A program made the translations under genes and the position numbers. The notes beneath the pieces are model-generated. The model was not told where the DNA came from and ran no database searches. It saw nothing but the letters and a program-made list of their open reading frames with translations. This document shows positions 37,183 to 50,338 of a DNA stretch of 64,000 nt, in pieces. Position 1 is the first letter of the stretch. Every line of letters begins with the position of its first letter. The DNA is taken from positions 182,344,001-182,408,000 of the forward strand of contig NC_058368.1 in assembly GCF_018350175.1 (NCBI RefSeq), written 5' to 3'. Origin of the DNA: Felis catus (Eukaryota).

Positions 37183-40100
37183 ATGACTCTCAACCCGTAT
37201 CTTTCTATAATAACACTGAATGTAAATGGATTAAATGCACCAACCAAAAGACATAGGGTATCAGAATGGATAAAAAAACAAGACCCATCTATTTGCTGTC
37301 TACAAGAGACTCATTTTAGACCTGAGGACACCTTTAGATTGAGAGTGAGGGGATGGAGAACTATTTATCATGCGCCTGGAAGCCAAAAGAAAGCTGGAGT
37401 AGCCATACTTATATCAGACAAACTAGACTTTAAATTAAAGGCTGTAACAAGAGATGAAGAAGGACATTATATAATAGTTACAGGGTCTATCCATCAGGAA
37501 GAGCTAACAATTATAAATGTCTATGCGCCGAATACCGGAGCCCCCAAATATATAAAACAATTACTCATAAACATAAGCAACCTTATTGATAAGAATGTGG
37601 TAATTGCAGGGGACTTTAACACCCCACTTACAGAAATGGACAGATCATCTAGACACACGGTCAATAAAGAAACAAGGGCCCTGAATGAGACATTGGATCA
37701 GATGGACTTGACAGATATATTTAGAACGCTGCATCCCAAAGCAACAGAATATACTTTCTTCTCGAGTGCACATGGAACATTCTCCAAGATAGATCATATA
37801 CTGGGTCACAAAACAGCCCTTCATAAGTTTACAAGAATTGAAATTATACCATGCATACTTTCAGACCACAATGCTATGAAGCTTGAAATCAACCACAGGA
37901 AAAAGTCTGGAAAAACCTCCAAAGGCATGGAGGTTAAAGAACACCCTACTAACGAATGAGTGGGTCAACCAGGCAATTAGAGAAGAAATTAAAAAATATA
38001 TGGAAACAAACGAAAATGAAAATACAACAATCCAAACACTTTGGGACGCAGCGAAGGCAGTCCTGAGAGGAAAATACATTGCAATCCAGGCCTATCTCAA
38101 GAAACAAGAAAAATCCCAAATACAAAATCTAACAGCACACCTAAAGGAACTAGAAGCAGAACAGCAAAGGCAGCCTAAACCCAGCAGAAGAAGAGAAATA
38201 ATAAAGATCAGAGCAGAAATAAACAATGTAGAATCTAAAAAAACTGTAGAGCAGATCAACGAAACCAAGAGTTGGTTTTTTGAAAAAATAAACAAAATTG
38301 ACAAACCTCTAGCCAGGCTTCTCAAAAAGAAAAGGGAAATGACCCAAATAGATAAAATCATGAATGAAAATGGAATGATTACAACCAATCCCTCAGAGAT
38401 ACAAACAATTATCAGGGAATACTATGAAAAATTATATGCCAACAAATTGGACAACCTGGAAGAAATGGACAAATTCCTGAACACCCACACTCTTCCAAAA
38501 CTCAATCAGGAGGAAATAGAAAGCTTGAACAGACCCATAACCAGTGAAGAAATTGAATCGGTTATCAAAAATCTCCCAACAAATAAGAGTCCAGGACCAG
38601 ATGGCTTCCCAGGGGAGTTCTACCAGACGTTTAAAGCAGAGGTAATACCTATCCTTCTCAAGCTATTCCAAGAAATAGAAAGGGAAGGAAAACTTCCAGA
38701 CTCATTCTATGAAGCCAGTATTACTTTGATTCCTAAACCAGACAGAGACCCAGTAAAAAAAGAGAACTACAGGCCAATATCCCTGATGAATATGGATGCA
38801 AAAATTCTCAATAAGATACTAGCAAATCGAATTCAACGGCATATAAAAAGAATTATTCACCATGATCAAGTGGGATTCATTCCTGGGATGCAGGGCTGGT
38901 TCAACATTCGCAAATCAATCAATGTGATACATCACATTAACAAAAAAAAAAGAGAAGAACCATATGATCCTGTCAATCGATGCAGAAAAGGCCTTTGACA
39001 AAATCCAGCACCCTTTCTTAATAAAAACCTTGAGAAAGTCGGGATAGAAGGAACATACTTAAAGATCATAAAAGCCATTTATGAAAAGCCCACAGCTAAC
39101 ATCATCCTCAACGGGGAAAAACTGAGAGCTTTTTCCCTGAGATCAGGAACACGACAAGGATGCCCACTCTCACCGCTGCTGTTTAACATAGTGCTGGAAG
39201 TTCTAGCATCAGCAATCAGACAACAAAAGGAAATCAAAAGCATCAAAATTGGCAAAGACGAAGTCAAGCTTTCGCTTTTTGGAGATGACATGATATTATA
39301 CATGGAAAATGCGATAGACTCCACCAAAAGTCTACTAGAACTGATACATGAATTCAGCAAAGTTGCAGGATACAAAATCAATGTACAGAAATCAGTTGCA
39401 TTCTTATACACTAACAATGAAGCAACAGAAGGACAAATAAAGAAACTGATCCCATTCACAATTGCACCAAGAAGCATAAAATACCTAGGAATAAATCTAA
39501 CCAAAGATGTAAAGGATCTGTATGCTGAAAACTATAGAAAGCTTATGAAGGAAATTGAAGAAGATTTAAAGAAATGGAAAGACATTCCCTGCTCATGGAT
39601 TGGAAGAATAAATATTGTCAAAATGTCAATACTACCCAAAGCTATCTACACATTCAATGCAATCCCAATCAAAATTGCACCAGCATTCTTCTCGAAACTA
39701 GAACAAGCAATCCTAAAATTCATATGGAACCACAAAAGGCCCAGAATAGCCAAAGGAATTTTGAAGAAGAAGACCAAAGCAGGAGGCATCACAATCCCAG
39801 ACTTTAGCCTCTACTACAAAGCTGTCATCATCAAGACAGCATGGTATTGGCACAGAAACAGACACATAGACCAATGGAGTAGAATAGAAACCCCAGAACT
39901 AGACCCACAAACGTATGGCCAACTCACCTTTGACAAAGCAGGAAAGAACATCCAATGGAAAAAAGACAGCCTCTTTAACAAATGGTGCTGGGAGAACTGG
40001 ACAGCAATATGCAGAAGGTTGAAACTAGACCACTTTCTCACACCATTCACAAAAATAAACTCCAAATGGATAAAGGACCTAAATGTGAGACAGGAAACCA

Positions 40101-41008
40101 TCAAAACCTTAGAGGAGAAAGCAGGAAAAGACCTCTCTGACCTCAGCCGTAGCAATCTCTTACTCGACACATCCCCAAAGGCAAGGGAATTAAAAGCAAA
40201 AGTGAATTACTGGGACCTTATGAAGATAAAAAGCTTCTGCACAGCAAAGGAAACAACCAACAAAACTAAAAGGCAACCAACGGAATGGGAAAAGATATTC
40301 GCAAATGACATATCGGACAAAGGGCTAGTATCCAAAATCTATAAAGAGCTCCCCAAACTCCACACCCGAAAAACAAATAACCCAGTGAAGAAATGGGCAG
40401 AAAACATGAATAGACACTTCTCTAAAGAAGACATCCGGATGGCCAACAGGCACATGAAAAGATGTTCAGCGTCGCTCCTTATCAGGGAAATACAAATCAA
40501 AACCACACTCAGGTATCACCTCACGCCAGTCAGAGTGGCCAAAATGAACAAATCAGGAGACTCTAGATGCTGGAGAGGATGTGGAGAAACGGGAACCCTC
40601 TTGCACTGTTGGTGGGAATGCAAATTGGTGCAGCCGCTCTGGAAAGCAGTGTGGAGGTTCCTCAGAAAATTAAAAATAGACCTACCCTATGACCCAGCAA
40701 TAGCACTGCTAGGAATTTATCCAAGGGATACAGGAGTACTGATGCATAGGGCCACTTGTACCCCAATGTTCATAGCAGCACTCTCAACAATAGCCAAATT
40801 ATGGAAAGAGCCTAAATGTCCATCAACTGATGAATGGATAAAGAAATTGTGGTTTATATACACAATGGAATATTACGTGGCAATGAGAAAAAATGAAATA
40901 TGGCCTTTTGTAGCAACGTGGATGGAACTGGAGTGTGTGATGCTAAGTGAAATAAGCCATACAGAGAAAGACAGATACCATATGGTTTCACTCTTATGTG
41001 GACCCTGA
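37183..41008 (+). pseudogene. L1 ORF2p (endonuclease/reverse transcriptase), frameshifted as written
   Basis: EN motifs NVNGLN, LQETH, GDFNTP, SKIDH, SDH; RT motifs [35 protein letters not shown]-terminal CWRGC..HCWWEC. Indels: +A at 37911-37915, +A at 38942-38951, -C at 39028-39029. Corrected length 1274 aa. Confidence 0.95.
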
Positions 41009-42134
41009 GAAATTAACAGGAACCCATGGGGGAGGGGAAGGAAAAAAAAAAAACAGGTTAGAGTGGAAGAGAGCCAAAGCATAAGAGACTCTTAAAAACT
41101 GAGAACAAACTGAGGGTTGATTGGGGGTGGGAGGGAGGAGAGGGTGGGTGATGGGTATTGAGGAGGGCACCTTTTGGGATGAGCACTGGGTGTTGTATGG
41201 AAACTAATTTGTCAATAAATTTCATCTAAAAAAAAATAATAAAAAAATTAAAAAAAAAGATTGTGACATTCCTTGAATAAATTTCTTTGCCTCCATTGTA
41301 TCTAGAAAGAATTCAATGATAAGTATGAGGTATGATCCCCAGAAGAAAGAGGTCCTTAACATAACACTGTGAACATTTTTAAAGACTGTAGAGTTATACA
41401 AGAAAAGTTTATTTGCGTATACTCAATTAGCCCAGAAGAGACAAAGAATAAAGGAAGAATCATTTCTTTTGGAAAGTGTGTAATACTGAGGTGATGCGTA
41501 CCTCACTGTTCTATCTCAGCTAGCTAGACACCAGTTTTTTCAAAGCAAGAAACAGAGAGAAAATTCTACTTACTGAAAGGAAAGATAAGTTTTTCAAGTT
41601 CATATTATACCCATTGCTCTAACTTACTGAAGACAGTGAGGCACCAAACCTTTTCTTGTCCTGTTGTCACTCAAAAAAATTGTTCAGGTTTCATAATGGG
41701 AATAATTAGTAATGATTTCAACTGAATACCTTTTGTTATCATGGTTTAAAACTAATGTAAGATACAAGTGCCAAGAGGGAAAAGAAAAAACAACTTCCAA
41801 AAGATTTGGTTTCAAAACAGTCTGATTCTTTGTAATATCTCAAAGATAACAAGTGTCCAACAAGTGGATACTAAACTTGGCAAACGAATCATTTTATAAA
41901 GAGACATTATTATGTAAAGTACAAGTAGACACAGATAGATATTTGATATTCTCTAAAATGTGAACTTAACTGCTGTTTAAATACAGGATGACTTTAGGAT
42001 CAAATCATTTACACTTCTTTTTTACTTTTTCTTATTCTCTACTTCTGAAGATTTCCTTTTTGAAGTCATTTCCTATTTATCTACCTCCATATTAATAGGA
42101 TTATAGTGATAAACAAGGAACAATTTTTCTCTGT

Positions 42135-42299
42135 CAGTGCCTCTGAAACCTTAATGTGTATAAGAATCCCCTAGTGTTTTGTTAAAATGGAGATTCTGAT
42201 TCAGCATGTCTGGCTGGGGATACTGATACTGCATGGCTAGCAATTTTCCAGTTGATGCTGATGCTGCTTGTCTGTGGACCACACTTTGAGTAGCATGGC
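42135..42299 (+). mobile_element. MER5A-like hAT-Charlie MITE
   Basis: GTTAAAATGGAGATTCTGATTCAG...GATGCTGATGCTGCTTGTCTGTGGACCACACTTTGAGTAGCA. Confidence 0.85.
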
Positions 42300-43126
42300 T
42301 CTGTGTGATTTAGAGTAGGAAAAATGCAGTGTTATACAGGGTTGGACAGATAATCACTAGCCTTACCAGTTACTGTAATTAAAGTCTTAAACCATGGGAA
42401 CTTCAGTTATTATGATTCACAAACCCCTGAGAAGAAAGGAATGATAGGGAATTGGACAACAAACATTGCATTTCTAGTTTGATGCATGACAACAAAATTC
42501 ATTTCTTCAAATATATTCTTATTATCTGTATGATGGGAATAAAAATACCTACTTTATAATATCATGAGAAGATTATGTGAGATCCTGTGTTGAAGGCACT
42601 TATCACAGTTCCTTGAACACAATAAGGGTTTAACAATAGACATTACTCATTTACTATTGACATTATTATCACTATCTCACCATCATCAAAATAGAATATT
42701 GAAGACCACCGGGAGAATCCAGACTGGTGTATTTATTCATTAAATGGTGAGGAAACTGAAGCCTAGCAGTGGAAATGACCTGTCCAAGATTATATAACAA
42801 GTCAGTAGTGGAGCTGAGGTAGGAATTTTATCTTTTTCAATACTAGTAATTCATTCATTCACTCATTCATTCCTTCAAACATTTGAGTGTTAACTATCTG
42901 TAGTTACTGTGCTATGAATACAAAATAAGAATATATGATGCCCTGCTTTCAAGAAACATTGAGAAACTGTTTTCCACTAGAGAGTCATTTTAAAAATTAT
43001 ACACAAAAACTGCTTTCACAAAGGAATAGATGCTATAATTAAGGTTCATCAGAAATACAAATGGAGGCTTTCATAAAAATATTTTTAAAAATCCGGAGTT
43101 TTCTAAATATGAAAGATATTTTCATA

Positions 43127-43275
43127 TGCATAAAATATGGAAGATATTTTAAGCCAAAGGGGCCAACATGAGCAAAGGCTAAACAGGCTGCAATAGTGGC
43201 CTGCATAAAATATGGAAGATATTTTAAGCCAAAGGGGCCAACATGAGCAAAGGCTAAACAGGCTGCAATAGTGGC
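43127..43275. repeat. Perfect 74-bp direct duplication, period 75
   Basis: 43127-43200 is identical to 43202-43275, separated by one C. Confidence 0.97.
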
Positions 43276-43369
43276 AGGATCTGGGTATACATATGGTACA
43301 AAATTAGGTGAGATTGTACTGGGAAGCAGAAGGATTGAGTTGGCCACGAGGAGACCCAGTCCTCTGGTC

Positions 43370-43570
43370 AATGTTTTACAACTTGTGAGTTTGTTGTCAA
43401 CATTTAACATTTGGGAATTTTCACACGAATAGTCAACTTTTCAGCTTCCTTTTTAAACTCAGAAGAACTTCTCATACAGAAGAACTTATCGTAGTAGATA
43501 GTCTCCTGCATGTAGCAAAGCTTAATTAGAACTAGGTGATGGGTGTCCCTTTTAAATGGCTTATCTGTTT
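43370..43570. mobile_element. MER102-like hAT fragment
   Basis: TTGTTGTCAACATTTAACATTTGGGAATTTTCACA...CAGCTTCCTTTTTAAACTCAGAAGA. Confidence 0.55.
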
Positions 43571-43750
43571 TTCAGACTCAAATTCTTTATTGAGGTATAT
43601 AGGAATCCTTTAGGACTTTGAAATCTATGACCAAGGCAACTCATATATGTTTTCTTCTTTTAACATTGAGCAGCTTTGAGCTGCTTAGAACCTGAAATTC
43701 TTGGCTAGTGGGTGATATACCAAAGTGACAGATTTTTCTAAATACTTGGT

Positions 43751-43968
43751 TTTTTTTTTTAACTTTTTAAATGTTTATTTATTTTTGAGAGAGAGAGAGA
43801 CAGGGACAAAGTGCGAGTGGGGGAGGGGTAGAGAGAGAAGGAGACACAGAATCTGAAGCAGGCTCCAGGTTCTGAGGTGTCAGCACAGTGGGGCTCGACA
43901 CACTAACTATGAGATCATGACCTGAGCCGAAATCAGAGGCTCAACCAACTGAGCTACCCAGGTGCCCC
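43751..43968 (-). mobile_element. Can-SINE
   Basis: TSD TCTAAATACTT at 43737-43747 and 43969-43979. Confidence 0.92.
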
Positions 43969-44061
43969 TCTAAATACTTCTTGCTCTGAGCAAGTCAGTC
44001 ATTGATACCAACAAGGTGCATTTTGATGTGAGGGTTTCTTTTTTCATTTTAAGAAGGAAAC

Positions 44062-44264
44062 TTTTTTTTTTAAGTTTATTTATTTATTTTGATGAGGTTG
44101 GGGAGAGGGCAGAGAGAGGGAAAGACAGAATCCCAAGCAGGCTCCGTGCTATCACTGCAGAGCCCAACACGGGGCTCAAATTCACAAACTGAAATCTTGA
44201 CCCGAGCTGAGGTCAAGAGTGGAATCTTAACTTCGATGGCCCAGCTGAGCCACCCAGGCACCCC
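44062..44264 (-). mobile_element. Can-SINE with a ~10-nt insertion in the head
   Basis: Typical body; extra TTCGATGGCC before CAGCTGAGCC. Confidence 0.88.
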
Positions 44265-45236
44265 TGATGTGACGACTTCTGTCGACTATTAAATATTAAC
44301 TAAAAGGTCAAAGTCACAATTTTATCTCCTTGTATACAAGTTAGTTTACTTAATCCATGGCTATTATTACCATTAATGTATCATTTAAATCTTTTAAAAT
44401 ACATAAATTTCAAAATGAAATACTCAGGCAAGTCAAGTGCTTATTATCGATACTCATATTCGATTTCTACACAAATACTAAGAAAGTAAACAGAAAATAT
44501 ATAGATGAACCCCGAATAAAACTCATACTTAAGAATGGGTATAGAAAGGGGCTCCAAATGGGCACAGATGTGACAAAGATAGATTTGTAAAAAGATAGTT
44601 CCATATACTAAATGCTGAAACATATTTGCAGAAAGAAAAAAAAATCTTTCAAATATTTATATAACTCTATCCATAATCTTGAATACAATTCCCCAAAGTA
44701 GTTCATTTTTATGAAATCATCAAATTCTACTAAGATATTTAAAACCAGAAGGGAAATTTTACTGGTGTTACTTATTTGAATGTAGAAACTGCACTTATTT
44801 ATTCATTTGGTATTTTAGAAGACATCACCTGCTAGTGTGGTTTTCTGAAGGAATAATACATGTTTATTCAACTCAGGTTTTAGAGAAGTAATATGAAAAA
44901 GTATTAATGGGACTATTTCTAGTATTTGCTGGCATAGAATAAATGAGGATAATATTTATGCGTTTAGGGAGCAGAGTAACAGGTTTTTGAAATTCAATGT
45001 TAGGGAGAACTGTCAGCATTCTTTTTTTAATTGGTTTTTGCTTTCATTAGAGTAGATAAATTCTCTACTACTTCCAATTGTTTACCACATATATTTTACA
45101 GGCCTTATCCTTTTTGGTGGTAGTTTTTGGTGGACATTTTCTATGCTATCGCCATGGTAAAAAGTGATGACCTTAAAAGACAGCAGATGGTGCTTAATAG
45201 TACATAGACCTAAGCATTGCATGCTTGCTTGCTTGC

Positions 45237-45239
<3 letters not shown>

Positions 45240-45279
<40 letters not shown>

Positions 45280-45680
45280 TATTTTTAAAATAATCTTATT
45301 GAGATATAATTTATGTGGCATAAAATTATGCATTTTAACTGTACAATACAAAGCTATTTGGCAAACTCTTGCAGCTATCACCATGATCTAATTTTAGAAC
45401 ATTTTCACCACACCAATTGGATTCTTGTGTCCCTTTATATTTAATCCCCACACACATGCCCAGCCTACACAACCACCAATCTACGTTCTATACTACACAT
45501 TAGCCTTTTCTTGAGATTTCATATAGATGGACCCATAGTTCTATATGATCTTTTGTGTCTGGCTTCCTCCACTCTGCATAATGTTTCTGAGGTTTATTCA
45601 TTTGTATCATATATTAATATATATGTTTTTACCATATAGATAGGGCATAATTTGCTTACTTATTCATTAGTCTAAGCATC
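45240..45680 (-). mobile_element. Ancient L1MB-like 3' end with (ATTT)n tail
   Basis: TTATTGAGATATAATTTA...TTTAGAACATTTTCACCAC...TTTTGTGTCTGGCTTC. Confidence 0.75.
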
Positions 45681-45752
45681 TATCCTTTTGCATCTCATCC
45701 ACAATATTTAAAGGACTATTTTGTTGGTTCTATTTAAAATACTTCATTTCTT

Positions 45753-45992
45753 GGGGCGCCTGGGTGGCTCAGTCTGTTAAGCATCCGACTTGGCTCAGGT
45801 CATGATCTGACAGTGTATGAGTTGGAGCCCCATGTCGGGCTCTGTGCTGACATGACAGCTTGGAGCCTGGAGGCTCCTTTGGATTCTGTGTCTCCCTCTC
45901 TTTCTCTGCCCTTCCCCATTTGCGCTCTGTTTCTCTCTCTCTCAAAAATATATAAACATTAAGAAAAATAAAAATAAAATAAAAAATAAAAT
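45753..45992 (+). mobile_element. Can-SINE
   Basis: TSD AAAAT(A/G)CTTCAT(T/A)TCTT at 45736-45752 and 45993-46009. Confidence 0.93.
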
Positions 45993-47400
45993 AAAATGCT
46001 TCATATCTTAATGACAATCTTAATATTTCCCTGTTCTTTGAGAGGAATATGAGACAAAATCTGGATCCTATTTTAACTATAAGTTGGTCAGACTCTGATG
46101 ATTTTATGCTAATAGACTAATTACTTAATAAAACTATTTACTAATTAACAAAATATAGTATAATTTAATTATGACCGCAAATTTTATTGAAGTTAAATTT
46201 TTTCCTTGAAACAATCCCTTTTCTAGACATTGTTACACAAGCATGGCCAACAGCATGAGCCGTGGGGAAGAGGTTTGGGGAAGAATTACAAATGGAAAAA
46301 TCCATTAATAAGAGCATGCTTAAAGATATTCCATTTTTCTAGCAGAGGTCAGAAGGAACTGTTTTGTTCAGCAAAGCTTTAATGCTTCATGAACACACAG
46401 AAAAGCTAATCCCAGTCTAGTTAAAAATGCCAAGTTCATGCAATGGCAAAAGAAATGTTACACCGCTTATGGATTTGTAGAGAGAAAAAAAAGACAGAAA
46501 ATATTACCAAATATGTTGTTCTATATGCTAACAGGCTTCAGAAGAAGTTTCATTCTGTTTATAATCAAAATGCTGATATTGGCTGACATAGAATGTGTAA
46601 ACAGAGAACAGGAAAGCAAAAGAAGGTGTAGAAGATTAAGCAGAGTATTGTATAATTTATGAATCCTTGGAAAATGATAGAGTATAACAGAAAACAACAG
46701 AGACTCATTATCTGTGTACTACATAGAAAAAAGAAACTATCTGAGTAGCACTCAAATATGTTTTTCTTGTAAGGCCAGTATACTTAACTTGAAATTAGTT
46801 TTTTATAGTCATCTATTTTGATTTTAAAATTAAGAAAAATATTTTCTACACATTCTTTTTATATTTATTTGAAAGCAAAGGAAATCCTGGTATAAAGAAA
46901 TGAACACAAAAGACTTGATTCTTCCTTGACATATTGTTCAATGAAGTATCATGTCAATAGTTTTATTTTCTCCGGATCAAGTCTAAGTTCTTAACAGTAA
47001 AACATTTGCGTCATTAAACAAAGTCCTTAGAATGCAAAATATCCCTATACAATAGGTCAAGGGCAGTACTTTCACTGTTTCACTCTACTGAATTGCTAGA
47101 GAGAGAAATGGTGTCTTGTGGAAGGAAAATACAGCATCACTAATGAAATATTTTATTTCTCATAGCAGTTACTTTTTTGGGGATCAAGAGTTTTGAAATT
47201 GTATTTCTAAAGGTGTATAAACCATTCTTTTGTATTTGGGGGAAATATGTAGTTATATTACCTGGAAAGCTTCTTATTAATTTTGGATATTTTTATTCCA
47301 GAATTCTTTTTTTTTAAATCTTATACAATACATTTAATTTATTTTTTTTTGTTTGAACTTTGCAGAATTGATAGTCTATATATAGTCTTTTGAGGCTTGC

Positions 47401-47623
47401 TTTTTTTTTTTTTTATTCTCAAGTTAGTTAACATATGGTGTAGTCTTGGCTTCAGGCATAGAACCCAGTGATTCATCTCTAAAATATGACATCCAGTGCT
47501 CAAACTGAAGAGTGCCCTCCTTAATGCCTGTCACCCATTTAACTCACCCCCACCACATCCCCACCTCCATCAAACCTCATCAGTTTGTTTTCTGTATTTA
47601 AGAGTCTCTTATGGTTTGCCTCC
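47401..47623 (-). mobile_element. Carnivore L1 3'UTR fragment
   Basis: T tail followed by AAGTTAGTTAACATATGGTGTAG...AAGAGTCTCTTATGGTTTGCCTCC. Confidence 0.88.
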
Positions 47624-47794
47624 AAATGGTTTCTAGATTTTGTTGAACTACTCTAGACTTTCTTAGTATGAAAATGTCTTAGTATATCTCTCAAAAATGG
47701 CCCCTCAAGATCTGGGAAATGAGTCCCTGGGAGTCATAGTGTATATAATTTCTAAATGGTATATACCTGTATTCAGACACCTTGGAACTAATTA

Positions 47795-48680
47795 ATTCAG
47801 AGATTCATTCCACAAATATGTATTGAACATTTACTATGTTTCAGGAGTACAAACAACAACCTATTACAGGTAGATAAAATATATAGAAGAGTAACTAATG
47901 ATAAGAGAAAGAAATATATTAGCAAAAAGGAATATAAAATGTGAGTAAAGGTGAAAGGTAAGATAGGAAGGCCTTTGGAGGGATTTAGAAGGTAAGAGAG
48001 TTTGCCTGCGGGGGGGGGGGGGGAATCTGCTGGGAATGCATTAAATCAGGGGGACAATGCAAAGTCTGAAGCAGAAATATATTTCATAAGTTCAAACTAT
48101 ATCCGTAATCCAATCACAGCACAGCAAACATCTTTCTACCACTCTAGTTCAGTCGGCAACCTCACTCTCCTGGCTTACTGCTAAAACCCCAATCTGGTCT
48201 TCTTACTTACTCAATACTGAGATCCCTTGGCTTGCAGAGGTCAAGGGTAGAAATAAATGGACCAGACAGGACCTAGAACATAGAAGAATCCACTTGATAG
48301 GATAAAAAGGGGCAAGTGGAAATGGAAGAAGAAATTCAGCTTTGGAAAAAACTCAGATAAGTATCTGGATGCCCATTAGATATCCAGATAAAGACTCAAG
48401 TCAGCAATTGGATATATGTCTGGAGTTCAGTGCAGAAGTCTTGGCAGGAAATATGATGTTGAGAATTATCAGTTTATAGGTGGTATGTGAAGCTGTGAAA
48501 ATGGATGGATTATATTTGTAGTGAGTAGAGACAGAAAAGAATAAAGGTCCAGGGGTGGAGCTCTACAAAATGTGGAGGTCAAATGTATGAAAAGAAACCC
48601 ACAATGAAACTGACAAGGTGCTCTGAGAAAAGCTAAGAGAAAAGCCAGACAAGTGTGGTGCACTGGAATTCATAAGGAGA
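47795..48680 (-). mobile_element. L2 fragments
   Basis: ATTCATTCCACAAATATGTATTGAACATTTACTATG; GATGCCCATTAGATATCCAG...TTGGATATATGTCTGGAGTTCAG. Confidence 0.65.
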
Positions 48681-48829
48681 CAACCTTGTAGGTTTGTTTT
48701 CTAATTATGATTCAACCCTCCTCTGCACTCCATTCCACAATGAGGCTAACCCAGGGACCAGCACCACCTTACCCCTGGCTGCCCAAGTCAACAGTATGAG
48801 ACTGTTCTTAACTCTTCTTAATTGCCCAC

Positions 48830-49036
48830 TTTTTTTAATGTTTATTTATTTATTCTCAGAGAGAGAGATAGAAAGATGGGGAGAGGCAGAAAAAGAGGGA
48901 GAGAGAGAATCCCAAGCAGCCCCCATGTTGTCAGTTCAGAGCCTGATGCGGGGCTCCATCCCATGAACTGTGAGATCATGGTCTGAGCTGAAATCAAGAG
49001 CTGGATGCTTACCTGACTAAGCCACTCAGGTGTCCC
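48830..49036 (-). mobile_element. Can-SINE inside a + strand L2
   Basis: TSD TTGCCCA.TT. Confidence 0.88.
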
Positions 49037-49259
49037 AGTTGCCCAATTTATATCAATTACTATATTCCTTCTCTTTGACTGTTTAAATGTTTCTCAAATC
49101 TGTACCATTTCTTCATTTCCTGCTTATCCTAGTTCAGGCCATAATCATGTAGGTCCAGGATAATAAGAGAACCTCTCACTCCTACCAGTGCCTGCTCCCT
49201 ACAGTCTTTCATCCCTTAGATCCATCCTCCATATGATAATCACAGTAATTTTTCCCCTA

Positions 49260-50338
49260 GTTTCAAGCTCTCATTAAAAATGAGTTAGTAAAAATACAAT
49301 GAAATATTAATTTCAGGAGTAGAATTTAGTGATTCATCACTTACATACAACACCCAGGGTTGATCACAAGTGTCCTGTTTAATACCCATCACCCATCTAG
49401 CCCATCCCCCACCCGCCTCCCCTCCAGCAACCCTCAGTTTGTTTTCTATAGTTAAGAATCTGTTTATGGTTTGCCTGTATCTTCCCCCCCACCATGTTCA
49501 TCTGTTGTGTTTCTTAAATTCCACATATGAGTGAAATCATATAGTATTTGCCTTTCTCTGACTTATTTCACTTAGCATATTTATACTCTCTAGCTCTATC
49601 CACATTGCGGCATATGAGAAGATTTCATTCAATTTTATGGCTGATATTCCATTATCTATACCTATATCTATTATCATCTATATCTATATATCTATATATA
49701 TCTATATATAGATATATACATAATACAACTTCTTTTTTTAAAGGTTTATTTATTTATTTTGAGAGAAAGACAGAGGGTTCATAGGATGGGCAGAAAGAAA
49801 GAGAGAGAGAGAGAATCCCAAACAGGCTTTGCACTGTCAATGCAGAGCCTCATGAGGGGCTCAAATTCACAAACTGGAAAATCATGACCTGAGCCAAAAT
49901 CAAGAGTTGGATGCTCAACCAGCTGAGCCACTTGGGTGTCCCACCACAACTTCTTTATTCATTCATCCATTGATGGACATTTGGGCTCTTTCCACAATTT
50001 GGTTATTATTGATAAAACACTGGGGTACATGTATCAATTCAAATCATTATAGTTATATCCTATGGGTAAATACCTAGTAGTTCAATTTCTGGGCCATAGG
50101 GTAGTTCTATTTTGAACTTTTTGAGGAACCCCCATATTGTTTTCCAGAGTGGCTGCACCAGTTTTTATCCCCGCCAACGGTGTAAAGAGGGTTCCCCTTT
50201 CTTTGCATCCTTGCCAACATCTGTTGTTTCCTGTGTTAATTTTAGCTATTCTGATTGGTGTGAGGTGGTATCTCATTGTGGTTTTGATTTGTATTTCCCT
50301 GATTATGGGTGACTCTGAGCATCTTTTCATGTGTCAAT
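49260..50338 (-). mobile_element. 5'-truncated carnivore L1 inserted in L2, with nested SINE
   Basis: Minus [28 protein letters not shown]; 3'UTR; flanking ACAGTAAT.TTT repeat. Confidence 0.88.
49733..49942 (-). mobile_element. Can-SINE nested in L1
   Basis: TSD ACAACTTCTTT. Confidence 0.9.

Larger units (their letters stand above)
35309..41256 (+). mobile_element. Full-length felid LINE-1 retrotransposon (~5.95 kb)
   Basis: Perfect 16-bp TSD AAGATTGTGACATTCC at 35293-35308 and 41257-41272; GC/CpG-rich 5'UTR, ORF1, ORF2 (EN-RT-CCHC), G-rich 3'UTR, AATAAA at 41214-41219 and A-rich tail. Confidence 0.98.

Noticed and set aside
36436..40170. Antisense ORFs of 72-150 aa opposite L1 ORF1/ORF2
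   Set aside because: Typical shadow ORFs caused by the codon bias of L1 coding sequence
43039..43410. 123-aa ORF with a 25-aa internal repeat
   Set aside because: The repeat comes from the 75-bp-period duplication, and the ORF starts in a MER102-like fragment
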